Counted from the first letter of the stretch, positions 11,590-24,581 are shown. The stretch is DNA of 44,126 nucleotides from Octopus bimaculoides (GCF_001194135.2 NC_068981.1:56499541-56543666), one strand, 5' to 3'. A program made the numbers and translations. The notes: a model not told the origin generated them from the letters alone.

Positions 11590-12240
11590 AAAAATCGAAC
11601 CCATTTTATATCTCAAACTTTTACGCTTCAATCTCACCAATGCCTCTTAATAAATCTTTAATCTTTGCTCTTAATTTTACAATAATTTCCCGACAGGATA
11701 TTAACATTATATTAACCGACAGAAAAACTCTAATTAACTTTAACATCACAAATTGGACAAAGTCCAATAGACATGATCATTTTGATATACCAATGGGCTC
11801 ATCCAACTCTGCACAAAGTACAGATCTGGTGGGCCTATTTTTATTACCACAAATTAAATCAAACTTGGCCGAGATAGTAGGCAGATTATACGGGGATGAC
11901 GCTCTTCTCATTACTACCGAATTATCCAAACCAGCAGTCGAACGCACTAAGAAAAGGATACAGAAATTTCTCAAAAGTTTTTTATAACTTACATATTTTA
12001 TTTGAAACCGATACTAGTCAACCTTTCTCGATGTTACGCTGAATCTAAATACCAACTTATACCAACCATATCATAAGCCGAATCAAACACTACAGTACAT
12101 CAATGTTATCTCCGATCATCCTACAATTACTATAAAAAGTATTGTAACCGGAATTTCAATAAGAATATCGAATTCATCTGGTAACAAGACAATATTTAAT
12201 AACTACACTCCACATTACCTCCAAGTATTACAGTTAAGTA
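11590..12240 (+). mobile_element. Second Penelope-like RT fragment (different family)
   Basis: FYASISP..LNKSLIFA..RKTL..WTK..FDIPMGSSNSAQSTDLVGLFLL..LYGDDAL..FLDVTLNL..YQPYHKPNQTLQYINVISDHP. Confidence 0.9.
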
Positions 12241-12381
12241 CTTTCCAGGAAAAAATATACTTTTTCGATACTTTTATAGTGCGTGGAATTTCATACAGCT
12301 TAGGGTATGTAATACTGGAAGATTTTGGATAATACTTCTATACGTTTGGTTGTTTCTGGGGTTGTATGTGGAAATATAAGG

Positions 12382-12385
<4 letters not shown>

Positions 12386-12457
<72 letters not shown>
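12386..12457. repeat. (TC)n(TA)n microsatellite leading into N-gap 12458-13373
   Basis: Directly visible. Confidence 0.97.
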
Positions 12458-13653
12458 NNNNNNNNNNNNNNNNNNNNNNNNNNNNNNNNNNNNNNNNNNN
12501 NNNNNNNNNNNNNNNNNNNNNNNNNNNNNNNNNNNNNNNNNNNNNNNNNNNNNNNNNNNNNNNNNNNNNNNNNNNNNNNNNNNNNNNNNNNNNNNNNNNN
12601 NNNNNNNNNNNNNNNNNNNNNNNNNNNNNNNNNNNNNNNNNNNNNNNNNNNNNNNNNNNNNNNNNNNNNNNNNNNNNNNNNNNNNNNNNNNNNNNNNNNN
12701 NNNNNNNNNNNNNNNNNNNNNNNNNNNNNNNNNNNNNNNNNNNNNNNNNNNNNNNNNNNNNNNNNNNNNNNNNNNNNNNNNNNNNNNNNNNNNNNNNNNN
12801 NNNNNNNNNNNNNNNNNNNNNNNNNNNNNNNNNNNNNNNNNNNNNNNNNNNNNNNNNNNNNNNNNNNNNNNNNNNNNNNNNNNNNNNNNNNNNNNNNNNN
12901 NNNNNNNNNNNNNNNNNNNNNNNNNNNNNNNNNNNNNNNNNNNNNNNNNNNNNNNNNNNNNNNNNNNNNNNNNNNNNNNNNNNNNNNNNNNNNNNNNNNN
13001 NNNNNNNNNNNNNNNNNNNNNNNNNNNNNNNNNNNNNNNNNNNNNNNNNNNNNNNNNNNNNNNNNNNNNNNNNNNNNNNNNNNNNNNNNNNNNNNNNNNN
13101 NNNNNNNNNNNNNNNNNNNNNNNNNNNNNNNNNNNNNNNNNNNNNNNNNNNNNNNNNNNNNNNNNNNNNNNNNNNNNNNNNNNNNNNNNNNNNNNNNNNN
13201 NNNNNNNNNNNNNNNNNNNNNNNNNNNNNNNNNNNNNNNNNNNNNNNNNNNNNNNNNNNNNNNNNNNNNNNNNNNNNNNNNNNNNNNNNNNNNNNNNNNN
13301 NNNNNNNNNNNNNNNNNNNNNNNNNNNNNNNNNNNNNNNNNNNNNNNNNNNNNNNNNNNNNNNNNNNNNNNNNATATATATATATTATTTTGCTTAAAAG
13401 AGTTCCAACACTGTCTGTTTTTTATGTTTTATTTATATTCCTGCAGAACTAATGTGGGGTATAGAATATGGAATATACAATATATAATATGATATACAAT
13501 ATACAATATAAAATAAAATAAAATAAAATAAAATAAAAATGGATGGCACCATGAAAGAAAGTATTGAATGTAGATGAAATATTGAGTGTTCAATATAAAG
13601 GATCAAATATATAAATATATAAATATATAAATATAAATATATATATATATAAA

Positions 13654-13693
13654 GGCGACTCGAGTTTCAGGGCTATTTCCCTTCGTCATGGCC
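13654..13693 (-). ncRNA. Minimal type I hammerhead ribozyme motif (variant core)
   Basis: Minus strand ggc-CATGACGA-aggg aaatag ccct-GAAA-c tcga g-TC-gcc. Helix I ggc/gcc, helix II aggg/ccct, palindromic helix III ctcgag, GUC cleavage triplet, and one extra A in the CUGANGA box. Confidence 0.68.
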
Positions 13694-14200
13694 GGTATGA
13701 CAGACTTAGGCAGAGTTTACGAACGGAGATACGCCGTCACTTCTGCAGGAGTTACAAGATTTGATGTGTGGAAAGACTGGACAATTCACAAACAGCAGAA
13801 ACAATATGTGGGTATTATTTATTCATATAGGAGAAGGTGGACAAGCAAGAGATAGAGAAAGAAGCTAAGTGTGAGGTAGGCGATGATAGATGTTTAAGAC
13901 TGATCTCAATAGGAGTACTGATCTGCATACTTGTAAATAGGCTTTTTTTACATTTACAGAACATAGATAGGTATAGAGGTGAAGCTCGTGAGAATTTCAA
14001 GAAATCCTGGTCAGAAATTGATCATGTATTATACAGGGGAGTATAGTTTAACTAAATTATCAACTGTTTTAGTCGTATGGTACAATTTAAGAGATGATGG
14101 GTCTCTGGAGACATAACTGACTTATGGGTTTTGACGCAAACATAAATGTAAGCTGGTGAAAATTCACCAATAGCTTTGATCATTTTGAAATCTTTGTTTT
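13654..14200 (-). mobile_element. Third Penelope-like fragment (decayed RT) ending in a hammerhead motif
   Basis: Frameshifted minus-strand pieces VKTHKS / RPIIS / KSLFTSMQISTPIEI match the PLE RT motifs PKxHK..RPIIS..SLFTxVP. The fragment ends at a hammerhead next to (TA)n. Confidence 0.6.
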
Positions 14201-14789
14201 ATACTGTTAACGGCGTCAATAAGTCGGTTGAGAAGGACTTTATATTGCAGTGTTGTATCTCATGGGATTCTTTTGAATTTGGAGCTGTCATAGAGATTTT
14301 AATTGATTTTATGGTTGTATTCTTCAGTATCTAAAATGACGATGATGTTACTTTTATCACGTTTTAAAAAAAATTATGATAATTTTAGTGTTTGAAAATG
14401 CTGTGTAGGTAAGTATTTTATAAACCAAGATTTTCCGTTGGTTTCGCTTCTCATTAGTAGTTTATTTTCACCACTTCCAAATACCTTTTGAAGATGCACG
14501 AATGTCAAAACTGCCATAAACGTTGCATCCACGAGCATTCTGTAGCTATTCTAGTAGAATACACAAGTACTGACATATGCGCGTCTTAACAGGAACTGGA
14601 AATACAAACATGAGTGCGCGCACGCACGTGTGCTCACGAATACACATTCTGGGTGTTTATATGTATACATGCACATTAAACCACCATGTAGAACAGTGAA
14701 GGTTTCTGAAGTATATCGCGAATCCTTTATTTCAATTCACCATTCATACTGATGTGTATGGATTTGTCTGCGTGTTCGTATATATGAAT

Positions 14790-14826
14790 GTATACAAAAT
14801 CCACACATACGCACGCACACACACAC

Positions 14827-14868
<42 letters not shown>

Positions 14869-14902
14869 TCACACACATGTATGCGTATANNNNNNNNNNC
14901 AC

Positions 14903-14944
<42 letters not shown>

Positions 14945-15075
14945 TCACACACATGTATGCGTATACATATATGCACACATATATATGCATGTGTACATGC
15001 ACATACATCTATGTGTACGTGTATGTACATGCATACAAACACCTAAGTGTATGTACATGTGCATGCGTACAAACA
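14790..15075. repeat. (CA)n/(TACA)-rich tract with a 10-N gap
   Basis: Directly visible; sequence is duplicated on both sides of the gap. Confidence 0.9.
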
Positions 15076-15266
15076 TTACATACATACTAATCGCTGATCG
15101 CCTCTAATCCAGGCATCACATAAATAATGAGATAGAAAAAGGTGCCCAAGCCAAGACTCTTCTACAAAATACGTAAATTATTCCAGTCAGCTATGTTGAG
15201 ATATATTTGAAAAAGTTAAATAATACCTTTATCAACAGCTTATTTTCTTTGAGAACAGTCAACGCT

Positions 15267-15308
15267 ATAAGTAATATTCCATAAGTAATATTCTATAAGT
15301 AATATTCC
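15267..15308. repeat. 14-bp tandem repeat x3 (ataagtaatattcY)
   Basis: Directly visible. Confidence 0.9.
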
Positions 15309-16394
15309 ATTCAGAAGGATATGAAACTACCAGACTAGAAGCAAAATGGTGTTGACATGATAATAATTAGTATCTAAAATGTTTTATTATCATCGAACAA
15401 ACACAGTATATACTTAATCATGGTTATCTGTTTATTTTGTTGTTGTGTGCAATCTATCTGTCAATTTTTCCATGAACATTGTAAATACATAAAAATGATA
15501 TATTACGAACAATAGAAAGATGGCAAAAAACAGATTTGTGCCACAGAATGTGACAAAACAAATCTGTTGGCAAAAGTTTCACAACACACACATACACAAA
15601 AAAGAAAAAGCAACATAAAAGCGAACAAACACAAAAGGGAAATTTATCACAGTCTCCGAACCTTGCTCAGCTTAAGTGCACTAAAATTTTTTGGTAATGT
15701 TTTTAATAACTTGAAAAGTACTATGAATGATAAAATCGGTAGAGACAGACAAAATCTTTAGGTACATGTAAATTCGGTTCACATTTTAATTTCCATTCTA
15801 GTAAATACAAGGGAAGGAAACATACCTTAGCATATTTCCAAAAACTGGGATAAATTCGCATAGAAAAGGAAAGAAAGACATAGAATAGTTCGCTGCGTAT
15901 AGTGTAGAATTTGAGGCGAAGCGGAGCAGCAAATTTGGAAGTTTTTTCCGTGGGGTTGTTAAAAACATCATCTTGATTGAGGTGAGAAATTGTCAATTTT
16001 CTTAGAATTCATCTTCGAAAGCTCTGCTGGGGAGCTGACTTGAAGGCTGTATAATGCATACGTTATCATTTGTTTTTTCTGATTGGAGTCTTCCGTGCAT
16101 CTCTGTAATGGCCAACAGCCTTAAAGTTGGTGGTGGAGGAAATTAACTCCCAAAATTGAACACAGTGTCCTTTATTCTTATAAAATGATGGATTGACCGA
16201 TCGGTTAGAACATTGGACAAAACATATTAGCGTATTTAATTCCGCCTTCTACGTCCTGATTCAACCCATTCCCAATGTTACTTATGCCTTTTATTCGTAC
16301 GGGTTAGATAAAATAAAGTACTGTGGTCGATCTAATAGCCTGAAACTGGTGTCCTTATTTTTTTCTTTTCTTTTTTTTTCTGTTGTTTTTCAAG

Positions 16395-16496
16395 CAATGT
16401 CTGTGGTTCACAGGGAATCGTCTTCGGGCTGCTTGTAATTTAAGAGCGGAGAGAGTATTACAGCAAGTAGAAGCAATCTTGGATATTATAACTTAT
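16395..16496 (+). CDS. Candidate 102-nt phase-0 exon within a 115-codon ORF, product unknown
   Basis: A long polypyrimidine tract (~16355-16390) plus caag|, open frame QCLWFTGNRLRAACNLRAERVLQQVEAILDIITY, and a |gtaaga donor. No homology recognised. Confidence 0.25.
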
Positions 16497-16996
16497 GTAA
16501 GACATAATGATAGAGCAATGCTATGCAAATCCCTTGTACATTTAACAAAATGCGTGGTGCATCCGTCATTATGTCATACAAACGTTGAAGAAATAATAAT
16601 AAGAAACAATTCAGATTTAATAAAAGCACTTTTGGATTTGAGGTTCACGGGCGTTGGTTGTGTGAGAATGAGAGTAAATGCCTGGAATGATGTTTTCAAT
16701 CAACCACTTGTCTTACATGATTTGGGTTGAATCACATTTATTGCCAGCTGCGTGCTGACTACCCTGACAGAGCTTTGAACCGTTTGTTGACTTAGAGCAG
16801 AGTTGGTGTGAATATGAAGTAGCATGATGTCCAATGTGTTGCATTGCTAAGGCATTGATTAAATGATCAGTTGCCGTATAGACAGTTACGTAAAGTTAAA
16901 GTTTGGGTGTAAAAAAGAGTTTAAGGATAGTGGTGTGTCTGTAAAAAATACATGGAAATTTGGATATAAACTGACTGAGAACGACAAAGATTACGT

Positions 16997-17092
16997 TTAA
17001 GGTCAAGGTAAGGGCTTGGGGTTAGTATTAGGGTTAGTGTTAGAGTTAGTATTAAGGTTAAGGTTAAGATTTGTGTAGGAGTTGGGTATTAG
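16997..17092 (+). repeat. Degenerate (TTAGGG)-like hexamer array
   Basis: ggggttagtattagggttagtgttagagttagtattaaggttaaggttaag shows 6-bp periodicity. Confidence 0.7.
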
Positions 17093-18529
17093 AGACCAAA
17101 GGCAATTTAGGCCCATTAAACTTCTCAGGTCCATTGACTTCATACGAGAGAGATTTAATAGCTGGTTTGGAGAATATGAGGGAAGTAACGAGGTAAATAA
17201 TCGCAAAACATAGTAGAAATAGATTTTTGCCTAGATTAATTGGAAGTATTGTTGTTATATTTCGGGATGGTCATTTTTTTCTTGCCAAACAACGCACGCA
17301 ATATATATTCGTTCTTCACTTGTTTATTATTGATCTTGTTTTATGTCCGTTGTCTGGAAATCTTTCCTCACACAACCTGTGCCCTCTTCAGCGACTCACC
17401 ATCCCACATTTCTCCCCCTGTTCTGTTTAGTCCATTCTGGACTAAGAGTTAAATTTCCAAAACAAATTCATAAAGGTAATCGGAAGTAATTTTGACGAAA
17501 TCCTTTCGGAGCAAAGTGAGAGTATTGGGTGTATCCTGGACATCATCAATTGGACAGAGCTAAAGTTTGTGAGCACTAAGACTTAGAGAGAAGTTATAGA
17601 ATAGTAGGAGGTATTCGATAATGTCCAGATTGACCCGAGATCCACGAAATACTTACTTCTAAATTTGAATAATATATTATTCCAAAAATCTGAATAATAG
17701 ATTATTCTATGTTTCACAGTTACGCTGAGTTCACTACAGCATAGTTATAGATTACTTTATGACTTAATTAGTTCTTGATTTAATCACATTTTGAGTAATT
17801 ACTTCTTGAGTTAACTTTAAGAGTTTATTCATATAACCATACATGTATGGCGTCTTAGAATCAACAATGAATGTCGAATAAACACTTCCCAACCAACAAA
17901 CCAACGTCAGAGATTCACATCAGCACAGTGTCCCATTGTACATCTATGTGGACTAGGTTAGCATTAAGCCATAGACCCAATTACAGCTTTCAAGGACATT
18001 TCTCCGTGCATTTTTCCCATCAGTCATCAAGTCCTTTACACATATCGAGTGTATTGCCCCTCATTTATAAACTTATATTGATAAGCACTATGGTTAGATT
18101 TTTACGAAATGAGCGAATAATACGTCGACTAGATATTGTTCTAAAAAAAGTTATCATAACATCTACTGTTATGGAAGAGAATCATACACAGAAAAGATTA
18201 TGATATAAAAAAGAAAACTTGTACGAACGAAAATATATACAATAAAATTATACTGAGCCTATGGCGATTACATCATGAATATATAGCGAAATGAATACAT
18301 AGCTAAAACTAGTAAACTCGGTTGCAAAATTGCATTAACTCAGTAATATTGATTACATGAAAATTTTTAAAGAAAAGAGACTTGCGGTCACCGTTTTCAC
18401 ATCAACAAAGTAATTTTGTGCTAAAACTTGAGAGGTAAATACAGGGGTGGTCATGTGATTACATTTACCACAACGCACACATAAAAATATGCCATTGCAC
18501 GAACACATCCGTCTGTCCATTCGTCAGAA

Positions 18530-18596
18530 CGTCTGTCCGTCCGTCCATGTATTCATCCATCCAACTGTCATCCATCCATCCATCCATCCATCCTCC
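18530..18596. repeat. (CCGT)/(CCAT)n microsatellite
   Basis: Directly visible. Confidence 0.85.
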
Positions 18597-18719
18597 GCAT
18601 GCACACGCATTTTCTCGTATGTTGGCTACTTTATATCTTCTTTAATTGCTATTCCCTTTTATTGTGTATTTTTACGATTAAATGTACATGTAAACTCCTA
18701 GATAAGTAATATACAAAGG

Positions 18720-18850
18720 ATAACACTGAGAATTTGGTGCATGAGGTTTAGTCGATTTAATCGATCTCAGCACTTGACTGGTGTTTTATTTTATGAACAC
18801 TAGAGAAACGGAAGGCAAAGTTAAGCTTTGCGGTATTTTAACTTTGAACA
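18720..18850 (-). mobile_element. SINE family B fragment (diverged)
   Basis: ttagtcgatttaatcgatctcagcacttgactggtgttttattttatg..gaaacggaaggcaaagtt aligns with 24646-24720 and 28913-28990. Confidence 0.7.
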
Positions 18851-19037
18851 GAAAGATCTGGAACAAATATGCCAAAATATTTTGTCCGAGGATCTACAAA
18901 TTTTGCCTATCCAACCCTCCAATATTAGAACCAGAAGACGTATATTTCAAAATAAAAATCAGAACTATAAGCACGTACAGGATTGTTTGGATTGTTCCTT
19001 TAAGATAACTGCAGAACAAACAATATAGTGACTGAAG

Positions 19038-19052
19038 ATTAAGAAAGAAAGA

Positions 19053-19148
<96 letters not shown>

Positions 19149-19149
19149 A
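19038..19149. repeat. (AAGC)n(AAAG)n microsatellite
   Basis: Directly visible. Confidence 0.97.
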
Positions 19150-19699
19150 GCAGAGTCTAGCGTTTTACCAAACAGCTTCTTATCAAGAACACTGTCCTTA
19201 AGATAGTGAAGCATCTGAGAATATGACTGGACTCTTTTTGCTTATCTTTTTGTCCCTTCTTCAGGAATATTAGAATCACAGTCCCTTGCCAATGTTTCAT
19301 CTGCTATAGCTGATGTCATTACAATATCGACTACAAAGATGCCCTAACAATATCGCAAAAACTGAAGTCATAACAAATTAGGCTTGATCTGGAATATTCG
19401 AGAGTAACAGCTTACCTAAAATACTGTTTGTCAGGGCAGGGAACGGCTTGTCAGTTCTGTTGAATAAATGTCTAGGCAAGGTTTTCGGTTACACAGGAGA
19501 GAATGAAAAATTAATGCCATTCAGATGTTTTTCAAATTTTTTTTGTCTACGACCATAAGCTGTTTCCCAGTACTGTCTACATCGCCAAAGGAGAGTTAGA
19601 ATTGGTTGCAATATCTGCATTGCCCTTAGAAATGAAGTTTGGTCTGGGTAGGTAGTTAATTTGAACCCGATCAAATATTGTTGATAAAACAAGGAATGT

Positions 19700-20720
19700 G
19701 GATATTAACCTAATGACGAATGCTATAAATATCAACGATGTTGTATTCGCCATTAAAACCAGATAATTCTGCAGACTTTGCAAAACTGTTACATATGTTA
19801 AGTACTTTAAGAAAAGCTAATTACTTCAATAGACTTCATACAACTTCTGTAAATGTTAGAGATTTTAATAAAAAAAAATTTTCAGCAGACTCGGGGAGAT
19901 ATAGAACTGTTCTGATTCAATAGGACTATCTCAAGTTTTTGCAATACCACTATTAGTGAGATTTTTTGGTTGCTTCTGTAAATGCTTAACTTGGACGTCA
20001 AGACTAAATTATTAACAATGCTGGTAACTTCCAAATCAATAATGACTGGACAGGATTTATGTTGGGTGGTCAGTCCAAATGGTTTTCGAGTGAAGCATCG
20101 TATCCCACCAACAAAACAGATTGCACTACAAAAGAATAAATGAGTACAACGAATGTGTATTCAAAAGTTAAAGCAATGCTGTCGGTTGAGAACTACTAAA
20201 CACGTAAGCTGAGTGCGTAGATGTTCACTGTGGCTTCCCATGGTAGCTGGACTAGGTGAACAGAAAATTAGAGGATAAATACTCATCATATCAGTAAAAT
20301 ATGCAGGGTACACATGTATACTTGAGGATAACAACAACATTGACGGAAAGAGTAGCCCCTACTGCAGTTGTGATATATACCTTACAAGCAGCTTAGCCTA
20401 GAAGTAAACATCTTTGCGACATAAGTCGACCAAATATTTGATGAACAAAAGAAATAAGAATACCTCCAAACACCATGTTGTGATAGAAAAATGTCGAATC
20501 AGTGTGGAAGGTATCCTCAGTATCGACGAGTAGCTTCACCAAAATGTTTCCAATGTACTACTTTTCCACGAGACATCGTTCCCCAAATTATTTACAATAT
20601 TATCTATAAGAAAGGTCATAATCATCACACATCAGGCAAACCAGAACCAAAATGCCGCACATCTTTGAAAATAAAGAATACTCGTGGAACCTCCTAATGA
20701 AAACAGAAATACAGTGGCCC
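19700..20720 (+). mobile_element. Highly decayed LINE-like RT relic (CR1/L2-like)
   Basis: Only fragmentary frameshifted resemblance: KPDN..LxMLSTL.K; FCKC..W.GFMLGGQ; V.V.CGFP-GS; MY..D. Unverified. Confidence 0.3.
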
Positions 20721-21394
20721 AAATGGAACACATATTATATATTGGTGTGAAGGTATGCTGTATACTTTTATAATTCACTTGAAAAAGAAAAAAAATATAC
20801 ATACTTGTGTTACTATCCTCACATGCGAACTTAGAGGGATCATGCTTGTTTATCTTGTTTTAATGTGTAAACTTTGTCACATGGCGGCAAACAAGAAAAT
20901 GAATTGTTCAGTGAGGCAAAAACAAAAGCCATACTCTGTTGTAAATATTAGCTGCTCAGTAGGTATGAGTGTCTTATACAAAGTGGAGGCAAAATTAAAC
21001 ATACACAATGAACAACTGGCAGCTTAAACACTTCCACCCTGGCTAAAACTCTGATGTATAGGTATTATCAGAAAATATATATAATACATAACAGCATATT
21101 TATATAAAGGCCTGAAAATTCTAGAAGTTTCGGAGAAAGAAAAAGAAAAGCTGGCACACTTCCTTCTAATTCAATGAATTAGTGTCACTGAAAATTTGCA
21201 AAACTTTCTTAGTTCCTTTGAATGAACATATCACATATGATCGTACTGCATACACATACATTCATAAAGCTAAGCACACACTCGTTTAATAAAGTGACAT
21301 GACGTCACAACGTCCACATACGTATATTCACACATCGACTCACAACTTTATCAATCTTTGAAACTGTTTGTTTGACTCAAAGTATGTTTGTCAC

Positions 21395-21619
21395 TTTACT
21401 CTTTTACTCTTTTACTTGTTTCAGTCATTTGACTGCGGCCATGCTGGAGCACCGCCTTTAGTCGAGCAAATCGACCCCAGGACTTATTCTTTGTAAGCCT
21501 AGTACTTATTCTATCGGTCTCTTTTGCCGAACCGCTAAGTTACGGGGACGTAAACTCACCAGCATCGGTTGTCAAGCGATGTTGGGAGGGGGGACAAACA
21601 CAGACACACAAACATATAC
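21395..21619 (-). mobile_element. SINE family A, 3' half, well preserved
   Basis: (TTTTACTC) tail, ttgtttcagtcatttgactgcggccatgctggagcaccgcc, tcgaccccaggacttattc, ttgtcaagcgatg. It ends exactly at the start of the internal (CA)/(TA) tract. Confidence 0.92.
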
Positions 21620-24204
21620 TTTGTTCAATTTAAATTCTGAGAATTTAAATAAATCTTAAAAGACGCATATAAATATAGCAGTTACATTTAGTGTAGCACG
21701 CAGTATAGAACATTCATAGCACTTAGTTCCAATATTCAACTAAATGTAACTATTTCACAACACGTATTAATCTCTAACATGAAAATTAATGAAAAAAAAG
21801 TATAACTTAAAGCATTGTTCCTATTCCCTATAAATTAGAAGTGTATTACACCGATAGAAAGTGTTATAGTAACAGAGAATATTAGTAATAGAAGTAGTAA
21901 ACTAAGAAAAAGCCTTACACTAATAGAAGGTATCATACAAATAGCTTATCATCTATATATATATATGGGAAGTTGTTTAGCTCCAGGTCAACCCTGATTC
22001 AGTAAACCTATGACTAAACATTCTAAACGGTATTTTTAGGGTTGTGTAGGGCTACAATATCTGTCTTTTCTTTTATTGAAGATGGTAAGGTGTAATTTCA
22101 GTTTGGTCTTGTCACTATTTCTAGCACGTTGATCGATCACATAGAGGCTCCTTCACTGGCTTGAGTAATAAGAAGTGTTATAATAATTGGAAATGTTATA
22201 GGAACTGGAAGTTTAGCGTGGTTAGTATTCAAATTTCACCTAATGAACGCTGAATTCTTTACTCTCTGAATAATTATACTCCTCTAAAGTGTTACAGTGT
22301 TAGATAGAAGATCATCTGGATAGCCGTGAGCAAATTCTTCTTCTATTCCGACCAGTTGTTGAAGCTAGATACATTATTTAAAATTTTAAATCTTTCTTTA
22401 ATTATACATGTATAGTGAGAAGATGTAGTACTAACACGTGCATACCGTTGACACACACCGTGTACTGATTATACAATAGTATAACAAAAGTATGTTCTCT
22501 TCTTAAAGCAACAACGTGACGCAATGAAGAAACTAGCCACTTTCAGTGCTATTACATAATTGCATGCGTAATAAATGTTTACGAAAAATATTCCAAGTTC
22601 ATTAAATACATTAGAAATATTGATTGATCCATATATAATTTGATTGAGAAATGATTACGAGAAAATGATACACAACTATCTATGAGTATACATAATCATA
22701 TTGATGCATACTATTGAAATATACATATATGTTTTCAATACATTTCCTTGTTTGCTGCCATCTTAAACATACAATTTACACATTAAAATAGGATAAACAA
22801 ACTTGATCTCTTCTAGTTCGCATATAGTGATGGTGACGCAACTATGTATATATTTTCTTTCGCAGGTGAAATATAAATGCATACATCACACACGCGCACA
22901 TATATAATATACACATATATATTTACAGGAATCTATATAAATATGCGTATTTACGTCTTTGGGAGTATGCATATGAATAAATATATTTTTGCATTCATTT
23001 ATCTGAATTCGATACTTATTCAATATACACACACAAATACAAGCACACATATATGCCTCTATGTGTGTGCTCACGTGCGTTTGTTCGAGTGTGCGTGTGT
23101 AAGAGGTAAGCTTATACAAAAATGTCCCTGTAGGTGTGACTATTTGTTAGTGTTCGCTCTTTACTTACTGTAGATAAAAACGATCGACTCGGTTACTGGC
23201 AATCGGATACTTTACAAACAGTCTCGCAATATTTTGATGAGAAAGATTGTGCTGATGAAAGGCTGTGTGAAAAACAACAGAAGTGTGGATAACAATCCGA
23301 AAAATATCAATTTGTTTTAACAGTGCTTTTGCTTCTCGTAAATAGTGAATTATCATGTCTGCTCCATTTTGTAGCCATATACCTTTCCATCCGAAAAATG
23401 TCTCAAGTGTTTTCAAGCTACTAATAGAATTTTTTTAAAGAGAATGTACTCTTTACATTATCTTATTTAAATGACACCTTATATGTTATATCTTCCCTCA
23501 GTGAACTTATGTACCACTTAAAGATAGTATTTAGACACTTAATTAAATTTGCCCTCAAGTTAATGTTTGTGTAGTTTTCGGCTTGCACGACAGAGAAGAA
23601 AAGTATAAAAATAAAAACCGGATTGTAGAAAAGTCAACATTACTTTTTCTGCTTTCAGTATTTTCTTCTGTCAAACAAGAACATTTTTATTTGTTCTTCG
23701 AGTTCATTCAAAAGATTTATATGACTCTTTCGTATCTGAAATTATTTTAATCAAGTAATTATTCTTAGTGCTTTGGTAAAATCCCCATGCATTTTTTAAC
23801 GTTCCATCCGAAACCTACTGGCTATAGTTATTCCGAGTTTGTTCATGCTAAGACACCTTTCATTCTTCCCTCAGTCATACTTAACGCTTCTCTGATGCAG
23901 GTATGATTGATGTACGGTGAACGAAAGCTAGCTGCGCTGATTATATAAGGCAAATGACAAAGAGAATTGTAAAATTTGTTAATTAACTCTTGAAAGCAAT
24001 AAATGGCAGACTAGTACGTTAGATAACAAAAGCTAAAAGGTGTTACATTGGGTAGAATAATTGACAAAAGTGGAAACTTGAGAGTTGCTTCAACAAAGTT
24101 ATAACAGCATCTAGTGAAACAAACTTTCGACTAGTTTCTGCAAAAATATTTATAAGTGCCAATATGGTTAGGCAATCTTATATTTGCTAGGTTTTGGGAT
24201 TTTA

Positions 24205-24343
24205 GTCGTCGTCAGTGTCGTCGTCGTCGTCGTCGTCGTCGTCCTCCCCCTCCTCCTCCGCTTCCCCCTCCTCCTCCGCTTCCCCCTCCTCCTCCGCTTC
24301 CCCCTCCTCCTCCGCTTCCCCCTCCTCCTCCGCTTCCCCCTCC
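24205..24343. repeat. (GTC)n followed by an 18-bp GC-rich minisatellite (cttccccctcctcctccg) x~5.5, running into a gap
   Basis: Directly visible. Confidence 0.95.
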
Positions 24344-24520
24344 NNNNNNNNNNNNNNNNNNNNNNNNNNNNNNNNNNNNNNNNNNNNNNNNNNNNNNNNN
24401 NNNNNNNNNNNNNNNNNNNNNNNNNNNNNNNNNNNNNNNNNNNNNNNNNNNNNNNNNNNNNNNNNNNNNNNNNNNNNNNNNNNNNNNNNNNNNNNNNNTA
24501 ATGTCAACCTCGGTGGAATT

Positions 24521-24523
<3 letters not shown>

Positions 24524-24581
<58 letters not shown>

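Noticed and set aside
14388-14414. 20-nt microexon (ttttag|...|gtaagt)
   Set aside because: Two of three frames contain stops, and such signal pairs occur by chance in AT-rich DNA.
14862-14965. Direct duplication of cactcactcacacacatgtatgcgtata
   Set aside because: It flanks a 10-N placeholder gap; most likely an unmerged contig overlap.
21300-22845. CRE-like sites (TGACGTCA at 21300; TGACGCAA near 22518 and 22837)
   Set aside because: Short motifs expected by chance in 44 kb; no supporting evidence.
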